The notes under the pieces were generated by a model. That model did no database searches, was not told the origin of the DNA, and was given only the letters and a program-made list of their open reading frames with translations. From positions 1,242,001 through 1,306,000 of the forward strand of contig CM052817.1 in the NCBI GenBank assembly GCA_028534125.1: a DNA stretch of 64,000 nt, in the 5' to 3' direction. The number at the start of each line of letters is the position of its first letter. Positions within the stretch are counted from its first letter, which is position 1. Below are positions 63,813 through 64,000 of the stretch, one piece after another. Both the position numbers and the translations under genes were made by a program. The DNA comes from Lama glama. Lineage: Eukaryota.

Positions 63813-64000
63813 AGGAGCACCATGAGAGGTGAACGCAGCCCCTTGGCATCACACGCCCGGGGGGGACGCCCCCCCACAGCCAGCAGCCCTCACTCGGCGC
63901 ACCCACCGAATTCTGCAGACCTCTGCCTTCTCCCCTAAACGAGGGGCTCCGGGGAGCGCCAGACCATGGCCAGACTACGAATCGAATGCTTAAGGACATC

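Overview
This is GC-rich mammalian genomic DNA, most likely from a camelid, judging by the tRNA-derived SINEs that resemble the Vic-1 type. The window lies inside ZFYVE28 (LST2, lateral signaling target 2), which is transcribed on the minus strand. Ten coding exons (orthologous exons 2-11, the last cut by the window edge) splice at GT-AG junctions into one open frame of 2373 nt (791 codons). Exon 1 lies beyond the right edge and the FYVE-domain exons beyond the left edge. The rest is intron: nested L1 remnants, SINEs, MLT1 LTRs, MIR/L2/MER fossils, simple repeats, a ~50-bp VNTR with a 100-N gap, and a CpG island near 50.2-50.9 kb that looks like an internal promoter. Almost all other ORF-track entries look like chance GC-rich or repeat-derived frames. 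I found no convincing new multi-gene system. The most interesting observations are a TSD-flanked L1 3' transduction, a perfect 62-bp direct repeat flanking exon 10, two SINEs inserted in opposite orientation at one target site, strong AT-to-GC drift in repeats, and apparent turnover of the mTORC1 phosphosite in exon 8 while the TOS motif is retained. Comparisons with human LST2 and with repeat consensus sequences are from memory and need alignment or RepeatMasker confirmation. Repeat boundaries are approximate.
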